NCBI GenBank assembly: GCA_964016885.1
Contig: OZ024743.1
Span: forward strand, 15,128,001 to 15,192,000
From: Eledone cirrhosa
Taxonomy: Eukaryota
Direction: 5' to 3'
DNA: 64,000 nt
Shown here: positions 41,301 through 56,082 of the stretch, one piece after another
How the letters are laid out: each line of letters starts with the position of its first letter
Numbering within the stretch: position 1 is the stretch's first letter
The notes under the pieces: model-generated
What the model was told of the DNA's origin: nothing
The model's input: the letters and a program-made list of their open reading frames with translations, nothing else
The model's database searches: none
Position numbers and translations under genes: made by a program

Positions 41301-42351
41301 AAATATAGATGGTAGGTTGATAAAATTAACACAGGAATAACATCAACAATGTACCAGAAAGCTTCAAAATACTCGTACAGTAGATCGAGTAACGTCGTGC
41401 TATCAAACGTATTTCTCACAAGAATATGCACGGTATATGTTCTCATCATGTTGACTAATGTTAGTTGCGTAGTCCAATTAGAAATCGCGACCTTCAATCG
41501 GGCCAATTGTTCAAGGTCGTTTATGGCTTAGCTTGCAATTTCTGAGTGCATGTCAGCTTATGGCAGCTAATTGGCTAGCCAATGAGAGGTCGCCTCAATA
41601 GCACGTGCCAAATCGGCCTAGTACTTCAAAAGTTAAAAGGAGCCTAGTTTTTGTACACAGACAGATACACACACAAAATCGATTTTCGGCCCCAATATTG
41701 ATTTATTTTCAAATTTGTTCGGTATTTTGGCCCCATTATCGATTCTTTTCAAATTTGTTTTTGTCCAAAACCTGCTCTGGCATATAAGCAACATCTGTGC
41801 CAAATTTGGTTGAAATCTGCCTAGTACTTCAAAAGTTAAAAGGAGCCTAGTATGTGTACACAGACAGACACACAGACAGACACACACACAGATCGACTTG
41901 CTTTTATATATATAGATATTCATATTTTTATTAATTTTTGTATTTTGTGTTAGTTATATTTAATAGAACATTTTGTATTGACCTGAAACGTGTACATGGT
42001 GAAGGAAATTAGCTAAATATTGCATTTGAAGCTATTCTAAAAGAATTTTACTACTATATCTCGATTTATTTAATGTTATTTTATGAAAAGTATGCAGAAT
42101 ATTTCCATCCATTTCTCTCTGAAATTGTTCAATTTTGCAAGCATGATATTATGAATCTTGACATAAGCCAAAACCAAATTTAGAATAGCATTTCGCCTAT
42201 CCACTCATGTCTAAGATGATTACGATGGTGATGTTGATTCTGCTATTGCTTCTGCTTCTGTTGATAATAATGATAAAGAATGATGATAATCAAAATACCA
42301 ATAATACGAATAATGACACGCATTCATTTTATTTGTTATTTCCACATAACA

Positions 42352-42456
<105 letters not shown>

Positions 42457-42458
42457 GG

Positions 42459-42510
<52 letters not shown>

Positions 42511-42512
42511 GA

Positions 42513-42552
<40 letters not shown>

Positions 42553-42659
42553 TCTCAACTGATATGATATTTATTTGGAGTGTTATTTCAACGTTAATCG
42601 ACAGTACTGATGTGATAGTAAGTAAATAAATACATAAAGAGAAATGCTCGAGAAGATAA

Positions 42660-43655
<996 letters not shown>

Positions 43656-43660
43656 TATAC

Positions 43661-43761
<101 letters not shown>

Positions 43762-43949
43762 TATATATACATATATTAATTACTATACGAACATATTCAT
43801 CGGGATTGATTAATATGTGTTATCGTTAAAGTGAAATGTTTACGTATTAGAGACAGTTAACTTTTTAGCGATATAATTTTATATTGAGTGCTCTACCATT
43901 GTTGAACTAATGTATACGCCTTTGGCTGCTATTTACAGCGTAAAAATAA

Positions 43950-44345
43950 ACCCGTCGTATTGTCCTAATACATTAAGTGGGAAATATTTGTACAGTAATT
44001 CAGTGTTGTAATACGTTTTTCGCCCATCGTTCTACTAACGGCATGATATGTATACTATATATCAACTTGTCCCCTTGGGTGTAATACATTCATATAGTAA
44101 ATCAGCGTAACACGTCTTGTTCACCATACAGTCTAGCAACGATATATTTTCAATTTCGCTTATTTCTCAGAATGAATCATCTCCCGATGAAGGAACTGAA
44201 ATTTCTTGGAATTGCCGATGTTGCTTCTTGAGTTCTTGAGTTCTTGAAACTATGATCGGGGTTTTATATAAGTTCAAACCACCCTTTGTTTTAGCCGACT
44301 TAGTTTTATCCCCACAGGATGAGATTTTGGCTTACGTTTAATATA
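43950..44345 (+). mobile_element. pLTR-like element with CCGATGA hammerhead-like motif (second copy at 55640-56082)
   Basis: Co-linear similarity between the two loci (cgtattgtcct, cagtaattcagtgttg, ggcatgat, tctagca, cccgatga, gaaac, gagattt..gg.ttac.tttaatatat). Confidence 0.6.
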
Positions 44346-44347
44346 TC

Positions 44348-44396
<49 letters not shown>

Positions 44397-44784
44397 CGTG
44401 TGCGTGTGTGTGTATGCGTATGCCCGTGAGTGTGTGTGTGTGTGTCTGTGGAAACTCCAAATGTATTGGATTAGTGATTTCCATGTGTATGTATACCACA
44501 TATTGAAACGAATTACATAGAAGACAGATATGTGAGATCTAAAGGAGGAATTTAACTGATTGCAGTTTTATAATTACAGACAAACTGACTCATGTTTTAT
44601 GTAGAGTTAAACTACTGCAAAAATTTTTCTGTGATTTGATTTAAATTCCAGAATTATCCATGCCATTTCCATTATGTTCATTTTGCTTGTTTATCGAATG
44701 TTGCGATTGTTTGGATATAACAAACAAATTAACAAAAATGTCAACCTTTTAGCAGAATATAAATGTATTTAATATAATGTCTTA

Positions 44785-44982
44785 TTATATAGGCACGAGG
44801 CCAGCAATGTTGGGGGAGGGGAAAGTCGATTAAATCGACCCCAGTGTGTGACAGGTACTTTATTTTATCGACCTTTTTAGGAAGAAACTCAAAGTTAACT
44901 TCGGTGGCATTTGAACTCAGATCATGAAGGGCCGTAACTCTATGCTGCAAAACATGGCGTGCGACCCGCTACCGACACCCCC
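44785..44982 (-). mobile_element. tRNA-derived SINE (MetaSINE-like)
   Basis: Reverse complement of GAGTTCAAATGCCACCGAAGTTAACTTTG..GGTCGATAAAATAAAGTACC..GGGGTCGATTTAATCGAC. Confidence 0.8.
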
Positions 44983-47130
44983 TAATGTACTTAATATAAT
45001 GCAAGTTGGTATACGTGATGCCTTGTGTTTTATTGTTTTGTTTTTTAGTAGTTTATGTGGACTATTTTCGAAGTTTCTGCGACTGCATAGGAGTCGCGAA
45101 AAGCTATGTGCCTGCCCATGCTGGGAAAGGCTGGAAGTAATTTTGCTATGCAGTAAAGTGTCGGTTGTAACATTCCAATACCCTGATATCATATCTCATC
45201 ATTTCTTCTTAATTTTTCTTCACATGACGACAGCAGCACATACCATTCTTTGCAAACAAATGCCTCTTTTCTTTTTAGCACTCCAATGTTCATTCGCATA
45301 CCTGAGCAATCGCCTGAAAAACATACGTAACCAATTGTATTTAACGTCCACTGTTACGCGTCAAGTCTATTTATATTTGGAGCAGAAAACATTCCATATT
45401 GAAAGAATTATGTATAACCAATATTCCTCAAGATTCAACAAGTCGTTTTCATTCAGAGGACGCTTTATGAAAACAATGCATCACATTTCATAATTATCGA
45501 CAAATCTTTATAATTATCACTAAACCAACGAAGGATTTGCCACCTGGTCGTTCAATCTGTTAAAATAAACAAATCTCCTTTAAAACACATCTAAAAGAAA
45601 ACAACACACATTGGATAATGTAGTTCTTCATATGTTGTCCGAACATACGAAACTGATACCGCAGAAATGGCACTTAAATGCTCAATCAAGTACAATATGT
45701 AGTATCACACTGCTTAATTAAAATATTGAACATAAATTAAAAGAAACCATACATTATCTAAACATACTTCCGCTAAATAAATATATATATAACTTATCGA
45801 TGCTGATTGATATCAGAGATACCATGATAAGTATGGCGATACACTGCCTTTTTCTCAAAAGATAATTACTTCTATGTTCTGCCTACAATACAATAGTTAT
45901 GCCGATTGCGATATATGTAATGCAAGTTGTTTTGCATAAATGAGTTAGTCTTAATCTCATGCCGAGCATTGGTTTGACAGTGTAAATGAATATTAAATAC
46001 GTACCAGAGAGTTTAGTATATGTTGTAGGATAAATTTAACATACAGGTAACTAGTGTTTTGTCTTATTTTAACTAATTACCTCGGCGTGAGAAAATGGAT
46101 ATGTAAACACATAAACGTGTTTATGCTCTGGTGCATAATTAGTGCAAAATGGAAAGGTAATTTCGAATATTTTCCTTATTTGGATGGAAGAATTTTAAGT
46201 ATTTACACTTCATTTTTTTCACATCACTCATTTACTTCGAAACTGCAATTCGTCTTTCTTTAATTCCCCAACACTGTTTTCATATACGTACGGTCTGTTT
46301 CATACACATTTAATGTTTCACACATTTCCAATAAGTAAAATCATATAGGGAAATAGACGAATAATAGAAGCATACATACCAAAGTCTATGTATGTATAAA
46401 CGTATGTAAACATTTGTGTGTGTATTCGTGAATTATTTTGAGTTATTTATGTTATGTATATATATTTCTGTTCTATTCATATATACACCCAATTTATGCG
46501 AGGTTCTTACAAGAACAACAACAGTATGTGTTAACTCTGTAAAGAGTAATATACACAGGAATTAACAGTGTCATTTAAATAAATAAGAAACGTTGATATA
46601 TTGCAGTAAAGGCAAACTGAAACTTAACAGACAACTGTTGACGATATATATATATACAATTTAAAACAAAAACATATCAAACATATAGATAAATGTAAGT
46701 AATTGAAGTTGAACTGAATCTTTTAGCAGGTTATTGAATTGGAAAGGGAAACAAATATTATTCATATTGAAGATATATTGGTCTGACTCTCATTGTATAT
46801 ACTCGGCTAGAATAGATTTGAGAGAATCGATTATAGTGTATATTAATGGTACTACGTTTCACAAGCATTACTGATATAAAATTGGTAAGATATATTACAC
46901 ATCATTCTGTTATATACTTGTGATTTCTATTAAACATTTATTTTGGTGACTTTCGAAATGTTCGTAGCTCTAACAGCGTTCTAATTAACAACATGATTGC
47001 TTATGTTGCAATTACATGCCTTTGAAGTCACAGGACTTCAAAACGAATCGTATTGAACTGCATAGCAATTGTCTACAAAATTCAATAATATTTGAATATA
47101 TTCGAAGTAATGACTCATATTTATCAGAAA

Positions 47131-47185
<55 letters not shown>

Positions 47186-47986
47186 GGATTGCAAACCGTT
47201 TATCGAGCGATTTAATCTCAGATAGCGTGTTGCAACTAAAACAATTGTATAGGAATAGAGGTATTGTAGTTGAGTTGGCAGCCATTGAAAACAAACACAC
47301 TCAGAGCGTTACATCCACTATTATTTTTAATTCGCATTATCATTATATGTATTGGTATCTAACGTTTGAATAAACCCACTCATTTGATTTGTGTATGTTT
47401 AGTCAATCGATTAAAGCGGCCGCAATGCATTAAGAGCATTTATTTTATCGTCCATCAAACGGTGTGATGCGAAGTTGAACTCAAAAGTATTTGATGAAAT
47501 TATGAAGTATTTCGTCATCCATTTACGAAATAGAAATTCCATCGCTCTCTTTCTTTCTCCCCACTATTTTCATCTACTTGGGTATCTATCTGTAAGCACA
47601 CATATACATTTGTATATATATATATATATATATATATGGAATATTTCATGTTATACATGATTTCCACAATAGATTTTTAGTCAAGATAACACTAGTGTAC
47701 GCAGGATTACGCAATAATGAATGTATACACGTAGGTAAAGTGTACTTCGAAGTAGTTAGTATAACTTTGTGGAAACAATATCAATAAGCTGACCGTGGCA
47801 TATCACAAATTGGAAACTGTCTGTGAAATTTGTTATTTCTGTAAGATTTCTACATGCAATAGATGCGTGATGAGATTTTAACTGTTACATAACATATACT
47901 ATGAAAATACGTAAACCAGCGATTATATAATCTACAAAATGAGATAAACTCTAAACTCCTGGATTCTACTTCATTGTTATATATAT

Positions 47987-48125
47987 ATGAAAAGATTCAG
48001 ACCCCGTCGGCTGAACTCCAACGATAGCTAGATCCGAACTGTTCATATTATCCACTCTATTACCCCAAGTATCGAGTAGTCTGGTGCGTTATGGCTGACC
48101 GGGTTTTCTACTACACCCTACCTGA
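47987..48125 (+). mobile_element. Diverged mini-PLE (Naiad-family termini)
   Basis: ..GACCCCGTCGGCTGAACTC fused to tail CCACTCTATTACCCCAAGTATCGAGTAG..GGTGCGTTATGG. Confidence 0.6.
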
Positions 48126-48127
48126 TA

Positions 48128-48449
<322 letters not shown>

Positions 48450-48469
48450 ATATATATATATATATATAT

Positions 48470-49149
48470 AAGTATGTACACGTACATACATATATGTATA
48501 CAGACGTAACGTGGTATGTATATATATATACATACATGCACACATATATATATGTACGTATGGATTCACCGAACATTTATTATAATGCTCGGTGTGTTTG
48601 TAAACAAACATCCCGTATTAAGCCGTAGTGTCCAGCAACCATCGTTGCTCGTTTGTTCAACACTGACAAATGAACGCTGTACTAGTTTCAATACCTTTAC
48701 AATACCTTCCTGCCAGATTGTTGAACATATATACTAACCTTATATATATTAACGGCAGAGTAGCCCGATATGCATATCGAGTGGGTTAATCGGCCGGGTG
48801 CCCCGAAAAGGATAAACGGAAAAAATGAAACGAAATTTCATTTCCCACTCTTAGTACGGTTGTTACTTAAATATAAGTATGTACACGTAGATACATATAT
48901 GTATACAGACGTACAGTAGTATGTATATATATATACATACATGCACACATATATATATATATATATATGTACAATCTGGCAGGAAGGTATACGTTGCTGA
49001 CGATAGCTAATAAGCTTGAAACTAGTACAGCGTTCCTTTGTCAGTGTTGAACAAACGAGCAAAGATGGTTGCTGGAAACTTCGGCTTAATACGGGATGTT
49101 TGTTTACAAACACACCGAGCATTATAATAAAGGTTCGGTGAATCCATAC

Positions 49150-49200
<51 letters not shown>

Positions 49201-49323
49201 CATGTATATATATATACATACTACTGTACGTCTGTATACATATATGTATGTACGTGTACATACTTATATTTAAGTAACAGCCGTACTAAGCGTGGGAAAT
49301 GAAATTTCGTTTCATTTTTTCCG
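48470..49323. repeat. Nested inverted duplications around a hammerhead-bearing pLTR
   Basis: 48470-48722 is an inverted copy of ~48970-49268. 48817-48950 is an inverted copy of ~49195-49323. Confidence 0.75.
48991..49033 (+). ncRNA. Minimal type I hammerhead ribozyme with palindromic stem III
   Basis: ACGTTG-CTGACGA-T-AGCT/AATA/AGCT-T-GAAA-CTAG-TA-CAGCGT. Confidence 0.8.
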
Positions 49324-50029
49324 TATATATATATACAAACATTTATATATATTTATATATATAAATGTAGAGAGAGGTGTTTGACTGTCTGCGCCGGTTT
49401 TTGAGTGACCGTGTTCGTGTGTGATTGTTTATGATGATTGTAGAATGGGATATGCAACAACATGAAAAAAAAATAAGCGGAGTAAACGATATCAAATTAT
49501 GGTGATATGTAGATGTTGTCAGTTTCCATGTTAATTTGAAGTATAGCTAAGTATAGCCATGTACATTTGATATCTATGCTATACGAGAATGCATGCCTCA
49601 GCATAGCATGCAGATATGATCTTCAAATGATAATATAAATGTGATTAATCCCATCCCCACTACCAACTCCCCCAAAAATACGATAATACAGAATAAGTAT
49701 ATATTACGACATGTGTTGATACAAATACACATACTAAACAGTATCTAGGCGACCGATCAGAGACTCCCTATATTTTACGAGTAAAAATAAAGATAAATAT
49801 CCATGATATGACTTAGATCTTACATATAAATTCCAAAATATTTCCGCACTTACTTTTATGGGGTAAATAGAGAGTTTCATCATATTCTGTTCTACTTTTA
49901 CTTGTCAAGAGACAGCATCGATGTTTTTGCCACGTGCATGAAAACGGTTTACCCGATCATATCAATGCTAAAACTTCTTTTATAGGCATCGTTCTTGTCA
50001 AAAGATATATATATACACACAGATATGTA

Positions 50030-50075
<46 letters not shown>

Positions 50076-50079
<4 letters not shown>

Positions 50080-50473
50080 AAAGAATAGAGGTGTAACACA
50101 CAAGTTATTATATATTGGTAAACGGAATAGAAAATGCTGACAAATTGTTCACAGTTGAAAAATTGTTTAATTAGGAATAAAAGAGTATTAGTAATTGTAT
50201 GGGTTAGTATTCGGTTGTGGTTTTAAGTTTTTACCGGTTGCGCATTTCTAAATGCTTTTCAAAAATAATTTTGAGATAGAGTGTCCGTGCTGTTTGCTCT
50301 GATCTGATTAGTTTTGAGAATTCTACCTGTTTTTATGTTAAAAAAGTGGCTCCAGCGTTACTTTGGTGTTGCAAAAAGTCTCGTGGTCAAAACAATTTTG
50401 ATTGGTCGGTAGAGGTCATGTGAATAAAAAATTGGTTTTGCGCCAAGATTGAGAAATGACTCTTTCACAACAA

Positions 50474-50543
<70 letters not shown>

Positions 50544-50770
50544 TAGTAGTAAGGTGTTCGATGTTGTGATAAAGGTTAGCAGGGATGTGTGTCAAATGGC
50601 TATTAAGATAAGTGTGTGTGTGTGTGTATATATATGTGTGTGGGAGGGGGACCAGTATTTTTTTCCCCCTGGTAAAATGGTGTACATTATTCGATTTTTT
50701 CAGTAAAATAGGTTCTCTTAATAGAACATCAAAAATCTTAACAATAAAAGGTGTGAAATGATATTCACTA
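50076..50770 (-). mobile_element. pLTR/3' UTR copy of the PLE at 1936-4340
   Basis: Reverse complement of ~3160-4340 with internal deletions. Confidence 0.85.
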
Positions 50771-50793
50771 TATACATATACACATACATAAAT

Positions 50794-50846
<53 letters not shown>

Positions 50847-50850
<4 letters not shown>

Positions 50851-53800
50851 CTGTAACAAGGCACTGGAGAAAGGAGTTGTCCCGAATCAGTGGAGGGTAC
50901 TTGCACTTGTGTTTTCATTCACCATGGATGGTTTGATCCGGCTTCTTCCCTTGTCCCGACGGTATCCCGCACCATAGCACACCACGCACGACACTCCCGG
51001 GCTAGGTCACTTGAGATAGCGAGCCAGTCACGGTTCCATTGGCGCAGGCCGACCACCTGCGGACTTGGAGTTCGGAGACGTCCTCCTTGATCGTCGTGCC
51101 TAAGTCTTTAGCTGCTCGCCAACGCGCTTGCGGCAGTTAGGGAGTGAGGGTGGGAGGAGTACATCGCGTATCAGCTCACCCTCAGGGCGCCGGCCCGCGT
51201 GACCAAACCATCTCAAGCGCCATTGCAGAAGCACTAAATGAAGGGGTGGAAGATTCAGGCGAAGACGAAGACTGGTGGTAGGTACCCGAGCAACACGTCG
51301 GCAACGAAGAGTGCGGCGGAGACAGTCATTGTCGAAGACCTCCAGCCCTCGTTGATCCACTACCCTCATAGGCCATGTTTCACAGCTACAGAGGAGGATA
51401 GTTCGAACGGCGGCCTGGTAGATTTGCCCTTTGGTCGCAGAGGTGATCTCTCTTTTGTCCCACAGACACCGCTGTAGGCGCCCAAAAAGCGGATCTGGCA
51501 GCACCTATGCGAGCTTGACCTCGGCTGAGCCCTCTCCTATTGGAACCATTGTTGAGCCCAGGTAAAAGAAGGACTCCACATCCCCCAGTTCCACGCCCTC
51601 GAGAGATATTGGTTGCCAGGCATCAGGCGAGACCAGTGACGCCATGACCTTCGACTTGGCGGCAATGATTCGTAGTCCAACAGCGGCGGAGGCAGTATGC
51701 ACCCTTTCGAGAACACTCTGTACATCTGTGCCGTTAGCACCCATTAGCACGATGTCATCCGCGTAGGCGAGGTCCGTCGCCACTACCCCTCTCCCGACCT
51801 CTACGCCCGGGTAATCCTGGAGCGCTGTGTTGAGAGTGTAGTCAATGGCGTAGTTAAAGAGAGTTGGCGATAGCTCACACCCCTGCCGAACAACTGTCCG
51901 ATCATCGAACTACTCCGTCTCCCCACCATAGACCCTCACTCGAGCCCGAGTCGACTGGTAGTAGCTCTGTATGAGACGAAGCAGCTTCACTGGGATGCCG
52001 TCCGCCTGAATTATACGCCATAGGGCTTCCCGATCTACCGAGTCGAAGGCAGCTGCAAAGTCGATGAAGCAGAGGACGGTAGGCTGTTGATGTGCCCACC
52101 GGTGTTCCAGGACACGCCGGATAATGAAGATTTGATCAACGCACCCCCTCCCCGGACGGAAGCCTCCCTGAGAAGGACGGGTACGGACATCACGGATGGC
52201 CTGGAACCTCTTTAGCAGAAGAGTTGCGAATGTCTTGGCAGCACCGTCAATTATACTGATACACCTGTAGCTGGAACACAGTTTCCTTTTTGAAGAAGAG
52301 TAGGAGAGTTGCCTCGCTCCAGTCACCAGGTAACCGCTCCGTCGGCCACACCGAGGAGAATACTCGATGGACCAAAGCTGCGAAGACATCAGGCGCGGCC
52401 TTGTAGATCTCAGCTGGAAAGTCATCCTCACCCGGCGACTTGTTGTTCCGGAGATGTGTCAGGACACCACGTACCTCCTCGACCGTTGGAGGGGCAGTCC
52501 TGCACCCGTATTCTTCTCCGAAAGGCTGCACGTAGGTTGATGTGGATGGTGGCGGGTGGTTGGGCAGCTCGGGGAAATTGTCCCGCCATCGGACTAGCCG
52601 GTCATTAAGATTGGTAATGACCGCCCCGTTCCGATCACGGATCGTCTCGCTGATACTCGTACTGCTTCGGCTGGTTCGCTTCACCAGTTGGCAGAGCTTG
52701 CGCAAACTCGAACCAGTGTGCATCCCGAATAGCCCGAGATGTGCGACGTCAGAGATCTCGAAGATTAGGTGCACCCTCGAGTCGGGCCACTCTCGCCCTC
52801 TCCGTAACTTCAAGAGTGCAGCTGGAGATTCTGTCCTGATGGCATCTTCGGGTCGACCCGAGATGCCTCCTGGCCACCTCAACCGTCGCCGCCCTGAGTG
52901 CGTTCCACTCCTGCTCCGGTTGCTCTTCCACTTCGTTACTCAGCATTTGGAATCGGTTTCGCAGCTCTATCCGGAAGGCATTTCCAGCATCGAGTTTTAG
53001 TCGCGAGATGTCGATCCTTTTCTGACGGGTGGGAGGAGGTTTCGTCCGCAGCCGCAGACGAAGGGTTGCTCGAACAAGAGTATGGTCTGACCCATGCTCA
53101 CTGCCCGTATCAGTCCCCCGATACGCACGCGAGTCCATCACTGAGCTGGCCTACCGAGATCTGACCAGGATGTAGTCAATCTGATTGGCTGTTCTTCTGT
53201 CATTGGATCGCCACGTGACGAGGTGACGGCGAGGATGTTGGAACCGGGTGTTGGTGACGATAAGACGATTGGCATCCGCGAAGGACACGAGCCGTTCACC
53301 ATTGTCACAGCGTACGCCTAGGGCGAAGCGTCCTAGAATATGCCGTGTTGTATCATCAACCGGCCCCGTCCGCGCATTCCAGTCCCCAGCGACAATAAGA
53401 ACATCACTGGAGCGGACGCCATCCACGGTTGTTTGGAGATCGGCGTAGAACTTTGTCTTGTCCGCCTCGTCCGCATTTAGTGTGGGAGCGTAGACGGCAA
53501 TTACGCTGACGTGGGTGATTTGACCCTTCAATCGAACCAGTGCGAGTCGGTGTGAGATCAGCTGCCGCGCCAGCAGAGCCGCTTGCGCGTCGGGGTCGAG
53601 CGTTACAGCGACCCCGTGAAGGCCACTGTCGTCAGTCACGCCACTATGGTACAAGTGGTAGGAGATGTCCACGCCAGGAACTTTGATCGGAAGATGACCA
53701 AGTCGAACTTCTGAAGGGCAAGCGACACTAAAGCAGTACCTGTGCAGAGCCTTCATTGTAAGTGCCTGGACACCGTCGTCACGAAGTGTTCGGACGTTCC

Positions 53801-54232
53801 AGCACGCCACCCTCAATCCTTCCTTCGTTTGAATAGAGGGACTACTGCGGGAGTAGTCTGTAGAGCCATATCGGTAGGAGCACTGTTGCTTTGCATTGCG
53901 TTCGTAGCGGGAAGGCAATTCGTATTCATAGTTCGTATTTGTAGGATTCATGGAAGAAGTGTCACGGGAGTAGTGAATTCACAAGCGGTCCCCAAAAAAC
54001 CCGCATGTATATCCCGAACGAGAGGAAAAAACGTCCTGATTGCCGCAGATTCTCCACAGACACAGGAACAGAAACGACCCGAAGCCGCCGGTTACCGGAG
54101 CAGACACCTCTTGGATTTTCACCAGAGCCACTTTTGCCGGGTTGCGGCCCTAATACCGCTGGGTGCCAGACCAATCTTCCTTGGGAAGTTCCCGACGGCA
54201 TAGCTGACACTACCCGTTGCCACCGGCCTGCC
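50847..54232 (-). mobile_element. Near full-length RTE-clade LINE (APE + RT), frameshifted
   Basis: APE: VACWNVRTL, VYAPT, AGDWNARTG, NGERL, TWRS..QIDYIL, SDH. RT: KSPGED, QGGFRPGRGCVDQIF, FIDFAAAFDSV, DLAYADD, F.YLGS, RLRWFGH. GC-rich. 3' end abuts (TA)n. Confidence 0.92.
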
Positions 54233-55597
54233 ATGTTGAGGAGGATCAGTAACATCGTCCCAGTGCCAAAAAAGGGAGATATCTATAACACCAACAACTA
54301 CAGGGGGATCTCACTGACATGACTTGTGGAAAAGACCCTCAATGGCATGATTCTTAACATATTCCAGCCCGAGATGGAGAAAAAGCTCAGGGACAACCAG
54401 AACGGCTTCAGAGAGGGAGGATCAACTACCAGTCACATCCTGGTGCTGAGGAGGATTTTAGAGGGAGCTAGGGCAAAGTGCCTTCCTCAGTTCATGGTTT
54501 TCATTGACGTTAGGAAGGCATTTGACTCTGTGGACCATCACTGCCTGATGAAGATCTTACAGGCTTATGGAATCTCCAAGAAGATAGTGGACCTGGTATC
54601 ACTTCTCTACACCAACACCAAAGCCCAAGTCATTACACCTGATGGGATGACAGAGTTCTTTGAGATACTGGCTGGAGTGCTCCAGGCAGATTCATTGACT
54701 CCCTACCTTTTTATCATCGTAGTGGACTATTGTATGCGCCTTGCGCAGAAGAAACACCAGGACTCTGGCTTTACTGTAACACCGGCTCAGAGCAGAAGAG
54801 TTAAGGCGAAAAAGATATCGGATGCTGAATTTGCTGACGATATAAATTTGGTGACAAACACAGTGAAGGAGGCAGAGGATTTGATGCAGGAGAAGGAGAC
54901 TGTGTCGATAGGTGTGGGGCTGAGATTAAGACGAAATATCTGGTAGAGAATGTTGAGAAGCCAGAAAAGATTACTAATGTAGGCGGAAACCCGCTAGAAC
55001 TGGTTGAGGACTTCCTGTATTTGGGAGCAAACATTGGGAATACGGAAGGTGATGTGGTCGAGAGGAGAGAAAAGCCTGGGCGGTGTACCACAGCTTAAGA
55101 TCGGAGTGGAAGTCAGACCGTCGTAAAGACCTGAAGATCCGCCTCTTCGTTGCTGTAGTGGAGTATGTGATACTGTACGGGTCTGAGACTTGGACACTGA
55201 CGAAGAAACTAACACAGATTGTGGATGGGTGCTACACAAGAATGCGGAAGATGGCTCTGAACATTAATCAATATACACTTAGGATGAAGAACTCAGAGCT
55301 GTACGGGAGCTTACCAAAAGTCAGCTCGAGAGTAGCACAGCGGAGACTGAGGTTAGCTTGACATGCTCACTGACATCCAGAGTTGACACTACACTCAGTG
55401 CTCTTGTGGGAGCCCCTGAATGGACACACTGGAAGAGGAAGACCGAGGTTAACAGATGTTGATGCCCTAAGGACAGACACTAGTCTGTTTGAGACGCAGG
55501 ACATGGCAGTGATAATGAGGGACAGAGACCGCTGGAGAGAACTCGTCCATGGATCTCGGGAATTTTACCCGCCCTAGATGGATAGATAGATAGATAT
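54232..55597 (+). mobile_element. 5'-truncated RTE-like LINE (RT), head-to-head with the previous LINE
   Basis: PVPKKGD..NYRGISL, QNGFR, FID..KAFDSV, GVLQ.D.L.PYLF, EFADD, YGSETW, then (TAGA)n tail. Confidence 0.9.
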
Positions 55598-55639
55598 ATT
55601 AATTTACAACTCTCAAATAACTCTATTTCTAACGTCAAT

Positions 55640-56082
55640 ATAAGCCCTTCGTATTGTCCTGATACATTGCGTAGAATATTTTAATACAGTAATTCAGTGT
55701 TGCGTCACGTTGCTTACTCTTATAGTCTACAAATGGCATGATTTATGTGTTATATATTTAGCTTGTCCCTTTCAGTTGAGTGTATACATACGGTAATTCA
55801 ACGATACACCACCTCGCTAAAACACATACGATCTAGCAGTGAAATGGTATGTATAATATATTTTCAACTTGTCTGCTGTTTCTTATGAACATTTCACAAC
55901 CCGATGATAAAACATCAATTCTTCCAGTATTGGTTATTCCAATGTCATGGAATTCCCTCTACTGCCTCTTGATTTACAGAAACCATGGTTGGGATATTAT
56001 ATAAGTTAATATTGATTTTATTTAGCTGATTTAGCTTCTATGCTCCACCCAAAAATGAGATTTGGGGTTACATTTAATATAT
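55640..56082 (+). mobile_element. Second copy of the pLTR-like element at 43950
   Basis: CCGATGA..GAAACCATGGTT motif and co-linear similarity. Confidence 0.6.

Larger units (their letters stand above)
35031..41916 (-). mobile_element. Helitron rolling-circle transposon, ~6.9 kb, with both termini
   Basis: Minus strand: 5' TC(TATATATATAAAAG..) at 41916, 3' hairpin CCCGAGCAACGCCGGG then CTAG at 35031, inserted between A and T, Rep/Hel coding remnants inside. Confidence 0.93.

Noticed and set aside
44924-45493. 189-aa ORF as a host exon
   Set aside because: Starts inside a SINE, has no recognisable domain, and has AT-rich random-like composition
50134-50170. CTGACAA..GAAA as another hammerhead
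   Set aside because: Antisense to its element, C3:A8 mismatch, and no stems I/III
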